A stretch of 64,000 nucleotides of DNA from Raillietiella orientalis. Lineage: Eukaryota. Made by a program: the position numbers and the translations under genes. The notes beneath the pieces were generated by a model. The model saw nothing but the letters and a program-made list of their open reading frames with translations. It was not told the DNA's origin and did no database searches. Where the stretch lies: the NCBI GenBank assembly GCA_036172245.1, contig JAYWIR010000001.1, positions 8,556,001 through 8,620,000 on the forward strand. The letters run 5' to 3'. Shown here piece by piece: positions 35,839 to 48,950 of this stretch. Each line of letters starts with the position of its first letter. Position 1 is the stretch's first letter.

Positions 35839-38800
35839 GTCAGTTTGGGCTCGCTTGTGGAGGAAACGAAAAAAGGGAGGGACGAAGCTGGGAGAAGGGT
35901 AAAGAGTCGGCTTGGCGAATGTGCGTTTCCACGAATCCTGTTAGTAAGTAAGGAGGCGTCGAAGTGCTGGCGAAACACGTGTAAGATCCCTTTTTCCGTG
36001 GCCCCTGACCGTGACAGCTGGTTTCCAGGACAACTCGCGTTCCACGCCTCTTCGATCAAGAAACGAAAGGAAAGGCAGAAAGGGTACAGATGGGAGGGGG
36101 GAGGGGGAGGAAACTTGCTCCATGCAGCCTCCCCAGCCTCTCCCAGCAAGCTTGTTTGTTGTAGCCTCCGCTCTGCCTCCGGAGATCTCCAGGCTTCTAG
36201 ATCAGCGGGAAGTCGTGTGCGCCATTGGCAGGGGAAGGAGAAAGGAAAGGGAAGAGAATGGAAGAAAGTCGGGTGGTCCATGACGCTCAAGGAAATTCTC
36301 TTGCGAACGGAAAGCGGCAGCATTTCTAGCGCATCCTCCCCATCCTGGAACGGCAAACTGGCGCGTTTAGCTTCCCTAGCGCTCCTGGAAGTTTCTCCTC
36401 CACGGAAACGGTCTCTTTAGGGTGCTTTCCCTTCATCAGCGGCAAACCAATGTCCATCCGAGGTTCCCGTGCCTGTCTCCCGAAAATTTAGTTTCCAAGG
36501 CGTTCTCCCGGTCGTTTTTCTGTCGCACGGAACGCGCAGCTTTGTGGGATGACTTCGAGCGAATCTTCCAAAAATGTGATGTGAATCAGGGAAAGATAGA
36601 GACAGAAAGAAGCCTCGGCTCGTTTATGCCGGTTCTCCCGGCGTGAGTGAGCATCTCTTCGTGTTCAAGGAATCCGTTGCCTCCATTGAGGAAGGTCTCG
36701 AAGTCGCGCACGGATAAAAACGGGGACAGAGAAGCTACTCACCTTCCGACCGTGTGGAAGAAAAGAAGGAGGTGGCACGGAGAGCAAGGAGCGGCCGCCG
36801 TCCAAGATCCAAGAGAGAGAGGCATCATGGGCCTGTGAAGAGAGAAAGAGTACGCTGGGTGACTGGAAATCACTCGCACTTTCTTGCACATCGGAAAACT
36901 CTCTGGAAGGGGCCGTAGTTTTTCCATCAGGGAAGCAGGATAATCCTGTCTTTGCGATCGCTGACAGCTGGAACTTAAGACACTGCACTTTTCTTGACTT
37001 TCGAAGGGGCTGGGTGAAAGCAAACAAAAATCAAACTGGAAATAAGCCTAGGAGAATCGCGGAAGACGCCCACAGGAAGCCGCAACAATGCCTGCGCGCG
37101 AGTTCCTTTCCCCTTTGTTTCGTTTCCGTTTCCGTTTTTTTTTTTTTTTTTTTGCTCCCGTCCCATTTGCTGGAGTGCCGATTGATTCAATCATGGCTCT
37201 GATTAATCGTTCAGGAGTGCGGAATGAATCGGAAGGGGAATCTCTCTCGCTGCAAACGGGAAGACTTTCTCTGGAGGCTGCTGCTGCTGGGGTTCCCTGC
37301 GAAATTCCTGAGGAATTTCGCAGGGAACAGCCCGGTGCGAAAGCTGCCGGGTGCCGCCGCGATCCCCGTTCGAACCCGGCCCATCCCGCAAATGTGGGAG
37401 ACACCTTTTGTGCGAACTGGGCGTGCAGCGAACTAAAGGCGGAGGTATCTGCTGAAGAGGACCGCGGACATGCAAATCCGAACCAAAGTATGGGGATTCT
37501 GGTAGATAACTAAATCGAGAGGCTCTCCTAGCCCCATTCTTTATTCAAATTTCATTCATGGGGCGAAGAGAAGGGGAACGGGAAAAAAGGAACCCGGTTG
37601 TGATCGTTACTTCCTTTGGAGGGAAATGAAAGAAGACAAAAAAGCAGGAAGAACGAAACGGGAAGAGATTGCATCGAGGCCGCGAGCGCATATCTAGGAC
37701 TTCCCTGCCATTCAAGTGCGATTTGCATGTATCGTGCGAGACAGGAAAACCTTCGATTTGTTTCCGTTTTTTTTTTTTTTTTTTTTTTTCGTTCGTGCTT
37801 CCGTGCGCGTGCGAATCCAAGCGCGGCCGACTCCTGCTGGTGCTTCGACGGGAGATCCTTCGGGAACGTCAGACGGACGGCTCCTTGGTGGAAATGATCG
37901 GGCGCAGGGGCGCTTTGCACGCTGCCGATACTTCTTTCGGCAGCGTGCAAAGGAAATTGCTTTGGTCAGCGGAGAGGAACAAAAGTACCTCAGTGGAATA
38001 GATCCTTTTTCGTGCGCTTCGGAGACGTGGACTTTTTTTTTCTCTCTCTCTCTCTCGAGGGAGAGAGGGGGGGGGAGGGATTGTCCTGGCCTAAAAGCTG
38101 CGCTGCCTGCGGAGTTTTAGAGATCGCGAGGACTTGCGGCGCGAGAGCGACAAGCGCGTCGCTCAGTAGAGCCTCGAGCAGGAGGCGGCAGCATTCTTCG
38201 AATGGCCAAGGGAAACAGAAAAGCAGGAAGCGCACCGGCCAGCTGAAGTTGGTGCCGGAATGAGGGGGGCGCGGCTTCCGGCTCGCGCGGTGCGCTTGTC
38301 GCCCGAGCGGAAGCAACGGGGTGTTTTCCCTGCCTCAGCCCTGACGAGGCAGGGAGAACTGGGAAGCAGGCTCCGGGAAGGCTTTCCTGCGTGGCAGTCA
38401 CCACAGGGAAGTCGAGACGTCCAGCACATGGAGAGGTAGGTTCTGCTGAAGGGCACGGCGAACGGCGCGCACCCCCGAATCTGTCCGCAGGAGTCCGTGT
38501 GACGGAGGGGTGTTTTTCGTTTCTTTCTTTTTGCCACTGTACATGTCAAGGAGGAAGCCATTGGTAGGCGAAGCTGGTTATCGCGGGAACTCCCGAACGG
38601 GAGCTTTCAGGGAAGATCGCTAAAAATAAGGCGCTTTGGAATTGGGACGAGTCCAAGTTCCAGAGAGGAAAGGAAGGAATGAGGAAAGGAAAACACCCGC
38701 GCCGTATCTATCTCGAGCAAACGGGAGATGGGTCGCTCAAGAGCGATGGGAGGCGCGTTGGCGACTGCGTTCCCCATGAAAAAGTTGAGGACGCGCCGGG

Positions 38801-39360
38801 TCACAAATGCAGGCATCAGAAGAGGCTCTCCAAGCGCCTTCTGTGCCTTGAGGCACAACAACCACGCATGGCCCCCCTCCGGTCACGGTAAATTCCAGCA
38901 GGTCCACTGCTTGTTCAAACTTGGCGCGCTCTCCCTCCAGGTGTCTCAATCTTTCTCCCTTCCCCTGCCCCATTCGGTTGTTTGCCTTCCTATTTCCTGT
39001 TTCTTATTTTCCAACATTCTCTTCGACTCGCATCTACTGAGACATTTACGTAGTTTCCTGCTGCAGAAACGCGGGAGCAGCTTCCTGAATGCAGCTCAAG
39101 AGCCCTCCCACCACCCCCTCTAAGAAACCAAGGTAGTGCTTGTCGCAACGCTATCTGGGCATCAACAAGCTTGCAACAGTGGAGGATGGACAAGACCGCT
39201 CTTCGAGTGGCTCTAGACTAACACAAGTTCTTATCGCAGCCATTCTGGACTCGCAGGAGGGAGAAGCAAGGGGTTGCATGTTCATGGGGACGCACAGGCA
39301 CGGACTCAACCAGCGACAGCTAAGGCACCGAAGGACGTCTCAAAGAGACGGCCTTGGCTA

Positions 39361-39404
39361 CGTTTGTTGCGGCCTGGGCTATAAAGACCAGGCCGCAACA
39401 AACG
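39361..39404. repeat. Perfect 17-bp inverted repeat with a 10-nt spacer
   Basis: cgtttgttgcggcctgg-gctataaaga-ccaggccgcaacaaacg. Confidence 0.9.
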
Positions 39405-42400
39405 ACACCCTCGACCAAAGCAAGGTCGGTGGGTGAGTGATCCCGCCTTTCGCCAGTTCGATTCGCGGCGAGGAAAGTCATGGGAACGGAGTCTCGAGGA
39501 GTTTCCTGGTGCAGTGTAGGCCTTGGGAAATTTCTGCTTACAGTAAAGGACGGACGCGCCCGGAAAACAAATAAATCCAAAGGGAGATTTCCCCTTGGAT
39601 CGGTTCCTTTTCCTCTTTCAGCGCTTTTGTTAGGCATTTGCATCAGGCCGCGTCCTACAAGCCGCATGCATCGGGCCTTTTCTTTCAAGTCGATGGCATT
39701 TAGGAGGGGGGTCATGTGGTCGAGCACGGTCGGCCGCTCTCATTCCTCTGCTTCGAATCTGGAAAGTTGGCACGTCGAATTGCCCGCGCCAAGCTGTGCA
39801 TCGGAACCAAATCTCCCGTAGTTGTGTCATTTGATTAGGATGTTCTCCCATGTTGGCGCTCTTTGCCACGGAGCGCCTCCGCTCGCATACCGGCCGTGCA
39901 AGGAGGGTCCTCGAAGGAACGAATGTTTCGCGAAATCTAGGCGCAGGTCTGGCCGCAGGAGTCCGTCGCAACCGTCACCAGACGCAACCATCGGTAGGAG
40001 CATCCGATGTCCCGTGGTCTGGACCGTGTGGCAGTCCTGTGGCTACTTTTTTCCTTCCCCGTAGGCTGAGGGACACTAAAGAGATAAAGGACGACTCCGC
40101 GGATGACTGGAAGCTTCGAGCTTCAATCCGTTTAGCTCGCCCCGTTGCCATCCATCAATTGGAAACGGTCGGAAACCGAGGGAAGACGCAGAGCGTGGAA
40201 CTGTAGGAAACCGCCACTTGACGGAAAGGTCCGTTATTCAAGGGCTCGTCTAATTTATGATTTGGTTGGGTCGATTCCAACGGTCGCTCTCCGACCTGGT
40301 ATCGGTCAACAGCCGTTCACTGCTCTCTTCCCCTCCCCCTTCCCCTCCCCTTGGACTTTGGCGTCCATCAGTCTGTCAGCATGCCACAGAACAGTTCCGG
40401 AGGCATGCAAACGTCCGTTTGCAACTTGGCATTGTTCCCGTCTGAAAGAAACCCCCAAAATTCGATTCCGCGTCACGAGCACGCCGTGATCCATCATCGT
40501 CATCAGCTCATTGCTTATCTGAAGGAGAGCACAGCCACTACCAGGTGTTTCCAATCTAACTGCCCGAAGAGGTGACCCGAGGTTCACCTGAACCCACTTG
40601 CGCAGCACTGCAGGCAAAAGTTTGGCCAGCGTCCCTCTGACGGGAGGGATGTCAGCAGTGACCCCATTCGAGCTCACTGCTGACTCGTGCCGAGGATCGA
40701 AACAGCGACGAGGGCGTCCGGGTCTTGACGTCCCTTCGGATTCCATAGTCCACCCACCCAATCTCGAGTTCCTTCATGGCGATTCTTCGTGCCGGAAGAA
40801 AGCTTTCCTTCCGTTACTGACATCCCTTGCACGGTACAGGAATGAGACACAGGGGACAAGGAGAGCCGTAATTGTTGCTGTTCATCTTGGTCCTCTGCCG
40901 TATCCAAACGCGGATGCGCTTCTTCGATGTGGGACTCAGGCGACGAACCGTCTTCCTGCCTTCAAGCTCGAAGCTTGGCGACAGGAAGCGTATGGAAAGC
41001 CGGGAGTAGAAATCCGTGTTTCCGAAGCCACCGTCGGTGATAATCCCAGAGGCGGAAGAACTTTTCGAGCAGTCACCACCGAAGCGGTGGCTTCGAAAAG
41101 CGCGCCGGAGCTCTTTCGTTCCGTTTCGGAACGTCGCGTTTTTATTCTCGCCCGCAGATCAATGCTTCGTCGCCCACCACAGGCCCACACCTACAACTCT
41201 TTCCGTTTCCTACGGACGCCACCAGTCCCTGCCTTGGAAGAGCGTCCTCTGGTCTGCGGTCCCTGGTGCGGAGGGGAATCAGGGAGTTTCGCCTCCCGGA
41301 TGCGGAAATCGCACATTTTTGCAACTCCTTCTCCTCCCGATGATTTCCTCTCTCGCTTTTTTCACGAATCAAAGCCCTCGGCGGGAGACAGTTGCGGTGT
41401 GCACTCCGGCGCGAACTCGTTCCCTCTTACTGCTGTTGCCGGCCACCGTGAGGCAGCGACGGGAGGTAGCCGACGCCTCGCGCGTGCGCGGCTGGTCCGC
41501 GATCGGGCCTCTCCTCCGCCTCTGCAGCGTGTCTGAAGCTGCACGAGCGACTCCGGGAAGAGTTTTTCCCCTCTTCCCGAAGTCGCTCGCTTAGGCATCC
41601 GTGGGACCCAAAGGTGAAAATATCGCGGCGCTGATGCATGCGGCACGCGCTGGTGCGTCTGTCGCCGTGTGAGTTTGCGGAGGTGGGGAGCGAGAAAAGG
41701 AGGATAAAGTAGAACGAACGGCGGCCGCTGCTTGCTCGTGGACACGAAGAGCAGGTCGTGTACACGAATGACTGTCCGGATAGCGGCGTGCCGACAAAAA
41801 TTCGTGTGCTGCCGCATTGCCTGGTCGCTCGCCGCACGGAACAGATTAAGGGCGAATCTTCCCTTTCAGCCCCAGCCGTGTCTGATTCGGAGAAGCGAGG
41901 GAAATGCTAGGAAGAGAAGGATGAACGAATCCTTATGGACTCTCGAGGCTGTCCTATTCCCCACTGGGGATTATGACGGCCTAATGGTGGTGGTGGATCC
42001 AGTCGATCTCCAGCCATTTCTTGAGATTCGAGAGATCGTGGGCGAGGCGGTTGGCTCACTCCGGTCTTGGAGAGAGCACCCTCAAGTCAGGCGTTCCCGA
42101 GGCTTCCCCTAGACAGCCGCGAAGTGAGCGCCCTGTCCTCTTTTCCTCTTCCAGGGTCGGGTTGGCCATGGTGCGGCACTGGGTTGTTGAGCTGCGAATC
42201 TTTCCATCGGCTCTCCTGCCATCAGGGTCCGTCAGCGGATCACCGTCCGAATCAATGCGGCACTCTCTCGCGCCACGGCTTCCCTTCATCCTCAGGGCGT
42301 CTTCGCTCTGTCTCAGAGGATCCTTCCGCCTCCTCTGCCGTATTATCCGTAGTTCCCATCCGGTTTACATACGGGACGTTCTGTCCCTTCTGTTAAGGTG

Positions 42401-43699
42401 CTGCTGGCACTACTGCCTCCAGCGTGGTTCTCCACCCCTGGAAAGGGAAGGTAATCCTCAGCATCCCAAAGTGGGTTGGGATCCCTCTCTGTCAATCTGG
42501 ACTAATCTCGCCCCTGTGCATCGCAGTTCCGTTCCCCAACCACATCTATCGTTTGCCAGTCCCATGGTGCATTCGAAGCCCCTGGAAAGTCCACCAAGCT
42601 GATGCGGGGATTCGACGAAGGTCGCTCGTTTCCCTGTGCAATTGGCGCTTGCGCAATCTGACCCGTCTCTCCCGCTCGTGATAGCTTTCTTTGCGGAACG
42701 CGGTGCAGCGTGGTAGGAAGGGACAGGGAGTCAACACCGCGGGCCCAGCATTTGTTGATTTGCCCTCAGTAGGAGACGTTCCTTGGCAGCTGCGATCCCC
42801 TATGCCCGAGGCGCTCTAGCAGCATCCCAGCTCCATAGCTCTTTCGGCTTCCGGCTTGCTGTTTCCGAGAGTCCGGTGCTTCCGATGCGAAAGCGGTCAT
42901 ATGTGGTATCCCGACTCTAAGATGGGGAGGGCTGGCTGAAGGAAGAAGCGTCCACCCCTCCTCCTCACGGCTTTTTCGCGCGACTGGAAGCGCGGGGATG
43001 CTGGCGGCGTGATTTTCGGTGGTTCTTGAGACGCGCTGCCGCCCCCTCATGGGGCTCGAGACCCCATTCCTCGAGACCGCCGGTTGGCAGGAGCAATCCA
43101 TGAGGGGGGAGAAGGGCACAAATGCCACGACCTTCCCCTGCATCCCGAACGGTTTCTTCACCAGTTGCGGACAGGGTCCTCGGCAAATGCACTCATCTCC
43201 TGGACACCTCTTTTACCGCTGTCAATCTTCATGACAACCACCCTGCTGCTAGCATCCCCACCTTATTCCAGCAGGAACCATCGCCATACTCTCTGTCCGT
43301 ACTTCAATACATCCGTCTTTGACCCTGCGGAAAGAGGAGACCCCGATCGCATTCCGACACTTACCCTGATTCTTCGGCCGCTGCAGAGTTTACATCCTGA
43401 TGCAGCCGGGAATCTCCCTCATATCGGTAGGAGCTTGGTAAATAAATTATAGTCAGTGAGATGGATGAAGATGGCAATGCTATTATGGGGGAGATGATGG
43501 CTCCAAGGATTACTGGAATGAGAATCAGAATAGATGACGAATAAACGCACTTATTTTTGTCAAATTGAATTAGCACTATTATAGATGTTCATGATTGGGG
43601 GGATGGGGATGATGTGCCCCTGCCAATTTTAAGTTATAATCAGTCTGATAAGTGAGGAAGGTGGCGTTCTTCATTGCACATGCGCTCATTTCCTTTCCC

Positions 43700-43703
<4 letters not shown>

Positions 43704-43744
<41 letters not shown>

Positions 43745-43772
43745 ACTGTGTGTTTATATATATATATATATA
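43704..43772. repeat. (TA)n microsatellites
   Basis: Read directly. Confidence 0.9.
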
Positions 43773-45779
43773 AACACACAGTTGTCGATTCTTCCATGGA
43801 CGATTCCTCAGCCTTACCCTGCAGCCAATCCCTACAATCCCTGAGCCACGTACTATTCAATCGCAAGCATCATATCCACCCCCTTAAGAACGTCGCTACA
43901 CTCTTAACAAATCGGTGCACCCACCATTCCTGCACACATAACCTCTCCCAACTCACCTCGAGCTTGAAGCATATTAAACGATACTGTGGATAGGCAGTGG
44001 GGAGTTCTTTTGTCGGAACAGGTCACAGGTTTACCCAGTACTTACGTATGCACACTGGCGATGCTTACCGAGCATCGTCACCAGGTTGTCGACTCCCCTT
44101 TGCTTCGTCCTTAGCAACCAGCAATAATTCAGGCCTCCTGTAATTATAATGCTCCCAGAACTTGGAGACGATTCTCCGAGGTAGCAGGAAGCGTTTCGCT
44201 TGGTGTAACCTTTCCGGACAAAGTTTAGAAGAGAGTGAACCGATAAAAATGTAGAAGTGCGACAAATTTGCAGGGTGTAACCGTCTCTACTGAATGCTTT
44301 CAAGCCGATGCATCACCAGGTATGGTGATGACTGCTTGTTGCCGGCCGACAGATGACAATGCGCTCCAAGGATACGTGTCGAGACGATTTGTTTCTCGGT
44401 AACCGTCGATGGAAACTTAAGTGATGGCCGTCGTGGCTACGAATTCCATCATCTACGGATGTATCTGCACATGCGTAATTATTCGTGCTTGCGTTTCTGG
44501 GAATACATACACATACGTCTACGTGCATGCATATATTATTTTTTTTTCTTTTTTTCGGATTAGAATTCTTCTGACGTGCTGCGTCCATTGAAGACAGGTG
44601 TTACCGTCCGAAGTGAAAGCGCACGCAATCATCCAATTCATCAGTAGAGTTACAAAGATGCAGAGTGTGTTCCGTGGTGGTGTGCAGGGGATAGGGATGC
44701 TTGTTTGGCTGGTCCGCACCGCCGGCTTGCGTTTGGGTTCGGGAGTTGTCACATGTGCGACAGAATTCCGGGATCGCTTGAGGTCAGAGGTGTCCCGCTT
44801 GTTCCCTTGCTGCATGCCCATGCGTGTACGTCGCACGTGGTGGTTTTTGGGCGGTGCCCGAGGTGCCCGAGTACGGCAGGTGAATTCCTCTGCTGCTCAG
44901 AAGGACGTCAGACTACCTCCCTCGAGTAAAAGCAGCGGTTTCATGGTGATCGACCAATCAGAATAACAATTCACTGGTTGCACCCATCAGCAGCACTGAC
45001 CATCCGAGCTGCAGCGATTCTTCATCTCTGAAGAACCTGACAGCAACCTCCTAATCTTGACATCCACACTTCCCGGAGAAGAATTGCCACCTGACCACTC
45101 AGAGTGTCCTGCAAACGAGCGTTTCCATATGGAAAACCACCATTTCTGAACGGGAGAGGAACTTCGGGCATTTAGCGAGATCATACGGCAAGCTGGGACC
45201 GTACACTCTTGATGAGCAGAAGCACGGCTCCCGAAGGGGGAGGCTGCCCTCTTTCTAACCCTTCCTCCCTCCGGCATTCGAGGGAAGCGGGACCATGGGG
45301 TCCAGACTGAGCTTCGTGCTTTTCGCTGGTAGTCAGCTGCGGAATCCGTACCCGCGTCTTGCGGCCGCAGATTTCCGGAAGCTCTGCTCCCCTTCCTTCG
45401 ACCTCCTGCGACTCTTCCTGCCTGGATTCAAGGCCACGACACGCTCCCGGGTTTCCAGCGACGGCAGTGAGGCTCCTCCCCAGCTTCTGTGAACGCAAAC
45501 TCTCGCCTTCCCTTCCTTTCCCGCCTCCCACGGCCCCCGGGGAAGCACCCGACGGGAAATCCCTGGGCACCCTGCGCAGCGGCGGTCACCCACCTTCTGC
45601 CCAGAGCGTCTTGGCTCTCCCGCTCCTTCTCCGGGATCGGCGCGCTCCTCGGTTTGCTCAGTCATCGGACCATCTGCGCCCCCTTCGCAGAGCGCAAGGG
45701 GTTGTGGAGCTCCAGGATGTGCCTTGCGGTTCAGGCAACCTCTTTTAGTGTATCTTCATCCTCAGCCTTCCCATCTTCA

Positions 45780-46190
45780 TTGTGTGGGATTGATCCAGGA
45801 CGGGAGCGAGCTATACCGATAGCACCTGGGTCGAGCGAAGAGGAGTTCGTGGCTCACGGGGCGAGCTGCCGGGAAAGCACGGAAAGAGAGTGCGTGCCCT
45901 TCGAGAAATAGGCGCGCATCTCACGTGTGCCAGGTGTGGCAACCCTGACACTGCTCCCGAACAGTGGCAGGGTTGCCTGGGTTCCGAGCTCAAACACCCG
46001 CACGTTCCCTCCGATGCAGGCTGCGTTCTTCCGACACCCCGTCCTGTTGAACGCGGGAATTTCCCGATGTCTGGAGCGCTGCTGTGCTTGAGTTGTGATC
46101 TGCCTTTCAGAGATGCGATCACCCCATACTCTCAGCCTCGTCAGTCCGTCCTCTGGGCAACTTCATCGCCTTCTCCAGGTCACATTTAGT
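45780..46190 (+). mobile_element. Possible Tx1-like zf-RVT remnant
   Basis: CARCGNPDTAPEQWQGC resembles CARCGEQESFPHLLGDC of the 6.9 kb copy. Confidence 0.35.
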
Positions 46191-47059
46191 CAACAACGGC
46201 TGCTCTTGACGGGGCTGAGCGAAGACTCACGAGTCGCCAGGAGAGGGATCAGTCGCTCCCCGGGACAGTGAAGGGCTAGCAGATTCTATTCCATTTCTTC
46301 TCAGGGCGGGCGAGAGGGAGATGCCCACGGAGCCGGCCTCTCTGGTTCCTTCGAGAGCCGCTTTCCGTTGCCCGGGGATGGGGGACGGATCGATCTCCAT
46401 CTCTTTCGAATGTCTCCTCCTCCTCCCTCCCCCTCTCGCGACGTGGACCAGAGGGGCAGGAGGCGGACGAGAGGAATGGAGCGAGGCAACGGAGACTCTG
46501 CCCCGGGTTCTCCCGGATTCCGGCAGTACTTTTTCTCCCGTCGGGAATGCCGGAGAGAAATGTCCGCGTGGAGGGGAATCGTCTCCCTTTCTCTCTGTCC
46601 GGTCACTCCACCGCAGTCGCGGTGACAACGCGGAGCTCTATCGCGTTCGTCCCTATCGCTCACGGAGCTCAGAGCCGCTGAGCATCCACCGAAGCGGAGG
46701 GGGGGGGGGCAAGGAAAGGACTTTGGTCAGCGGGGTGAGTCTCCCGCCTCCTTCCTGGACCCAGAATTTCTCACGTTCCCCCTCAGAAGCGAGATCAGTG
46801 GCGCTGGCGGAGATCCGGTTGAGTCGAAGGGAACGGGAGAGGAGAGAGGATGAGGATGAGGAGACTGCGGAAGCCTCCCGAGAGAGCACGAGGGAAAGCG
46901 GAAACAAGGAAGAAGCCGTCTTTCAATCCTCCAGGAGGAGACCGGAGGTTCCACGTGCCTGTCTCCTACTCTTGGAGTCCGCTTGCGCGCCAAGCCTAGT
47001 GGCGCAGCCCCCAACACACCCAATGCGATTTCGTGGGAAAGGCAATAGGGACCCGAAGT

Positions 47060-48950
47060 GAGCACGGGATAAGGGGGTCAAGGGCAACCTGGCCCTTCCC
47101 TGGCAGTTTTCTGTTTGGGAGGAGGGCCGTGTTCGATTCCGTTGCTCGCTGATGGGGTGCCCCTTGCAGTCTCGAGGTCAACCTCAGTCTCAGGGAGGCA
47201 CTCGAAGGAACTGACTGGAGGATTTTCCCGGCATCCGGTTGCCCTTGGGTTCCCGGCTGACAGGTCAGCCCCTCTATCTCCACCTGCATTCTCCGGGAGT
47301 CCTCCGTAGGATGCGCAGCCTTCCTTGTCTTCCGGGAAGACGTGCGGGCCGAAATGGACTGGATGGAGGGACCTCGGAAGGGTGTTGTTGGCCCTGGGCC
47401 GAAGACCTGGCAGTGCTCCCCCAGGCAGCCTGCAGCCTGAGGAAGGAAGGAAGGGGGAAAAAGACGTGAGCTCTGAACCATCGCAGCTTCGGGGCAGGGA
47501 CGACTACGGAGACTTCGACATGTCTCCTCTCCTCCTCTCCACCGTCCACCACTTCTGGAACTCCGGAAGGTTCCTTCGCTCTCTCCCGGTGTTCTCCCGC
47601 AGAAGAGGCTTCGTGCCCGTCTCGGAGATAGCTGTGGTTACTCCACCCTATCCAACCCGTACTAAACCTCTTCCTCACTAATAATCACTACCTCTTCCGG
47701 CCTCTTCCTCCTCTTCCCTGCCTTTTCCTCCTTTGAGGAACTCTCCCCAAGAACTGCCATCCACATCTCCTTCGTTCTGCCCTGCGCCTAACCAGAGACC
47801 AGGTTTTGCGGCTTCTGGGGTCGTTTGCGTTTCCACTTACTCCTGCTTTCAGTAGCGCTCTGGAACGACGGGAACTGTTTCCAGTGCTTCTTCCCCTGCG
47901 TGTCCCTGGTGATCTTGTTTGCCAGATCAGCAGCACTCTTTTCGGAGACCCGAAGGCCGAGTGCCATCTCATCCTGAAGGCATGTCGGGCGCTCGATGCT
48001 CCATTTGCTCTTCCCTTTTTCCTTCTCCCTTATTCCCCGAATTGGAAGTGCCTGTCGCCCTGGGGGTTCCCGAATTGCTCCTGCAGACCATCCCATCGGG
48101 AGATAAAGGGAAAAAAGAGGGGCATAAACAGGCGGTCGAGGCGTTCCTGAGAAGGGGATGCGAGCGGTCCTGTTGGGGGAAGCTGGGCGATTCCTCCCCA
48201 GGAACGGCGGGAGATTGGGATGGAAGCGCAGCTGTCCTCAACTCCATCCGGACTCCGGGTAGGAACCTCGCGTTTCTGCCACGTGTTCCCTAGCAGTTTC
48301 CATGCGCCCACTCTCCGCATTGTCACGAGTGGAAACGAGCGAGACGGAAAGGGCTCTCTTCGTCCTGTCTTTCGGGTCCGTCGTGAAAGGGGAAAGAGAA
48401 GTATCCACTTTCCTCCCGGGGAGAAGGCTAAGAGGCTGGGGAGGGAATACTGCTCAGGACGCACTCCGATCCCGGAATGCCCCCCTGGGTGATGCGCGGC
48501 CCGGAGAAAAGGAAAGCCAGTCCTCTGGATGCGCGACACTGCTGGCACAGGAAGGAGGTAACAGAAGAGAAGCCACCGCCTGCCACGTGCTCGTTTCCCA
48601 GGATCTGATGGAGCTCTTTCACTGACAACTGGCACGCCCGCAGAGTCCTGAGTCCTTAACGGAGAAGTTGAAACTTTTGCCTTCAGAGGGGTAGGAGTAG
48701 AAGGGAAGGGGGTCTGAACGGGAGCCAGATCCCAGTGACCTCGAACGTTCCCTTCGTGTTCTGGTTTCGCCTAGCCTTAGGCAAATTGCGACATCGGCGA
48801 GTCGCCGTCGGCGTTGAGAGTGCGTGGAGGAGGATCCTTCGGCTACGGTTGAGGCTCAGGACCAAAGGAAGGGGAGAGAGGGACCCTCCGAGGTCATCTG
48901 AAAGATCCACCTCTTTGCACGGATGAGTGGAGCTTCGCAGTACTGCCCCC
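47060..48950 (-). mobile_element. Decayed Tx1/L1-like ORF2 remnant
   Basis: Degenerate post-RT motifs (LLIWQTRSPGTRRGRSTGNS; AISETGTKPLLRENTGRERRNLPEFQKWW). Nucleotide similarity of 47350-47650 to 60775-60965 and 61640-61725. Confidence 0.5.

Noticed and set aside
37340..37390. tRNA-like B box (gttcgaaccc); similar gggtcgattcc at ~40268
   Set aside because: No cloverleaf, acceptor stem or good A box; at most decayed SINE heads.
44065..44265. RRPELLLVAKD as a restriction-like endonuclease PD motif
   Set aside because: A single short degenerate motif with no adjacent CCHC/RH or RT support.
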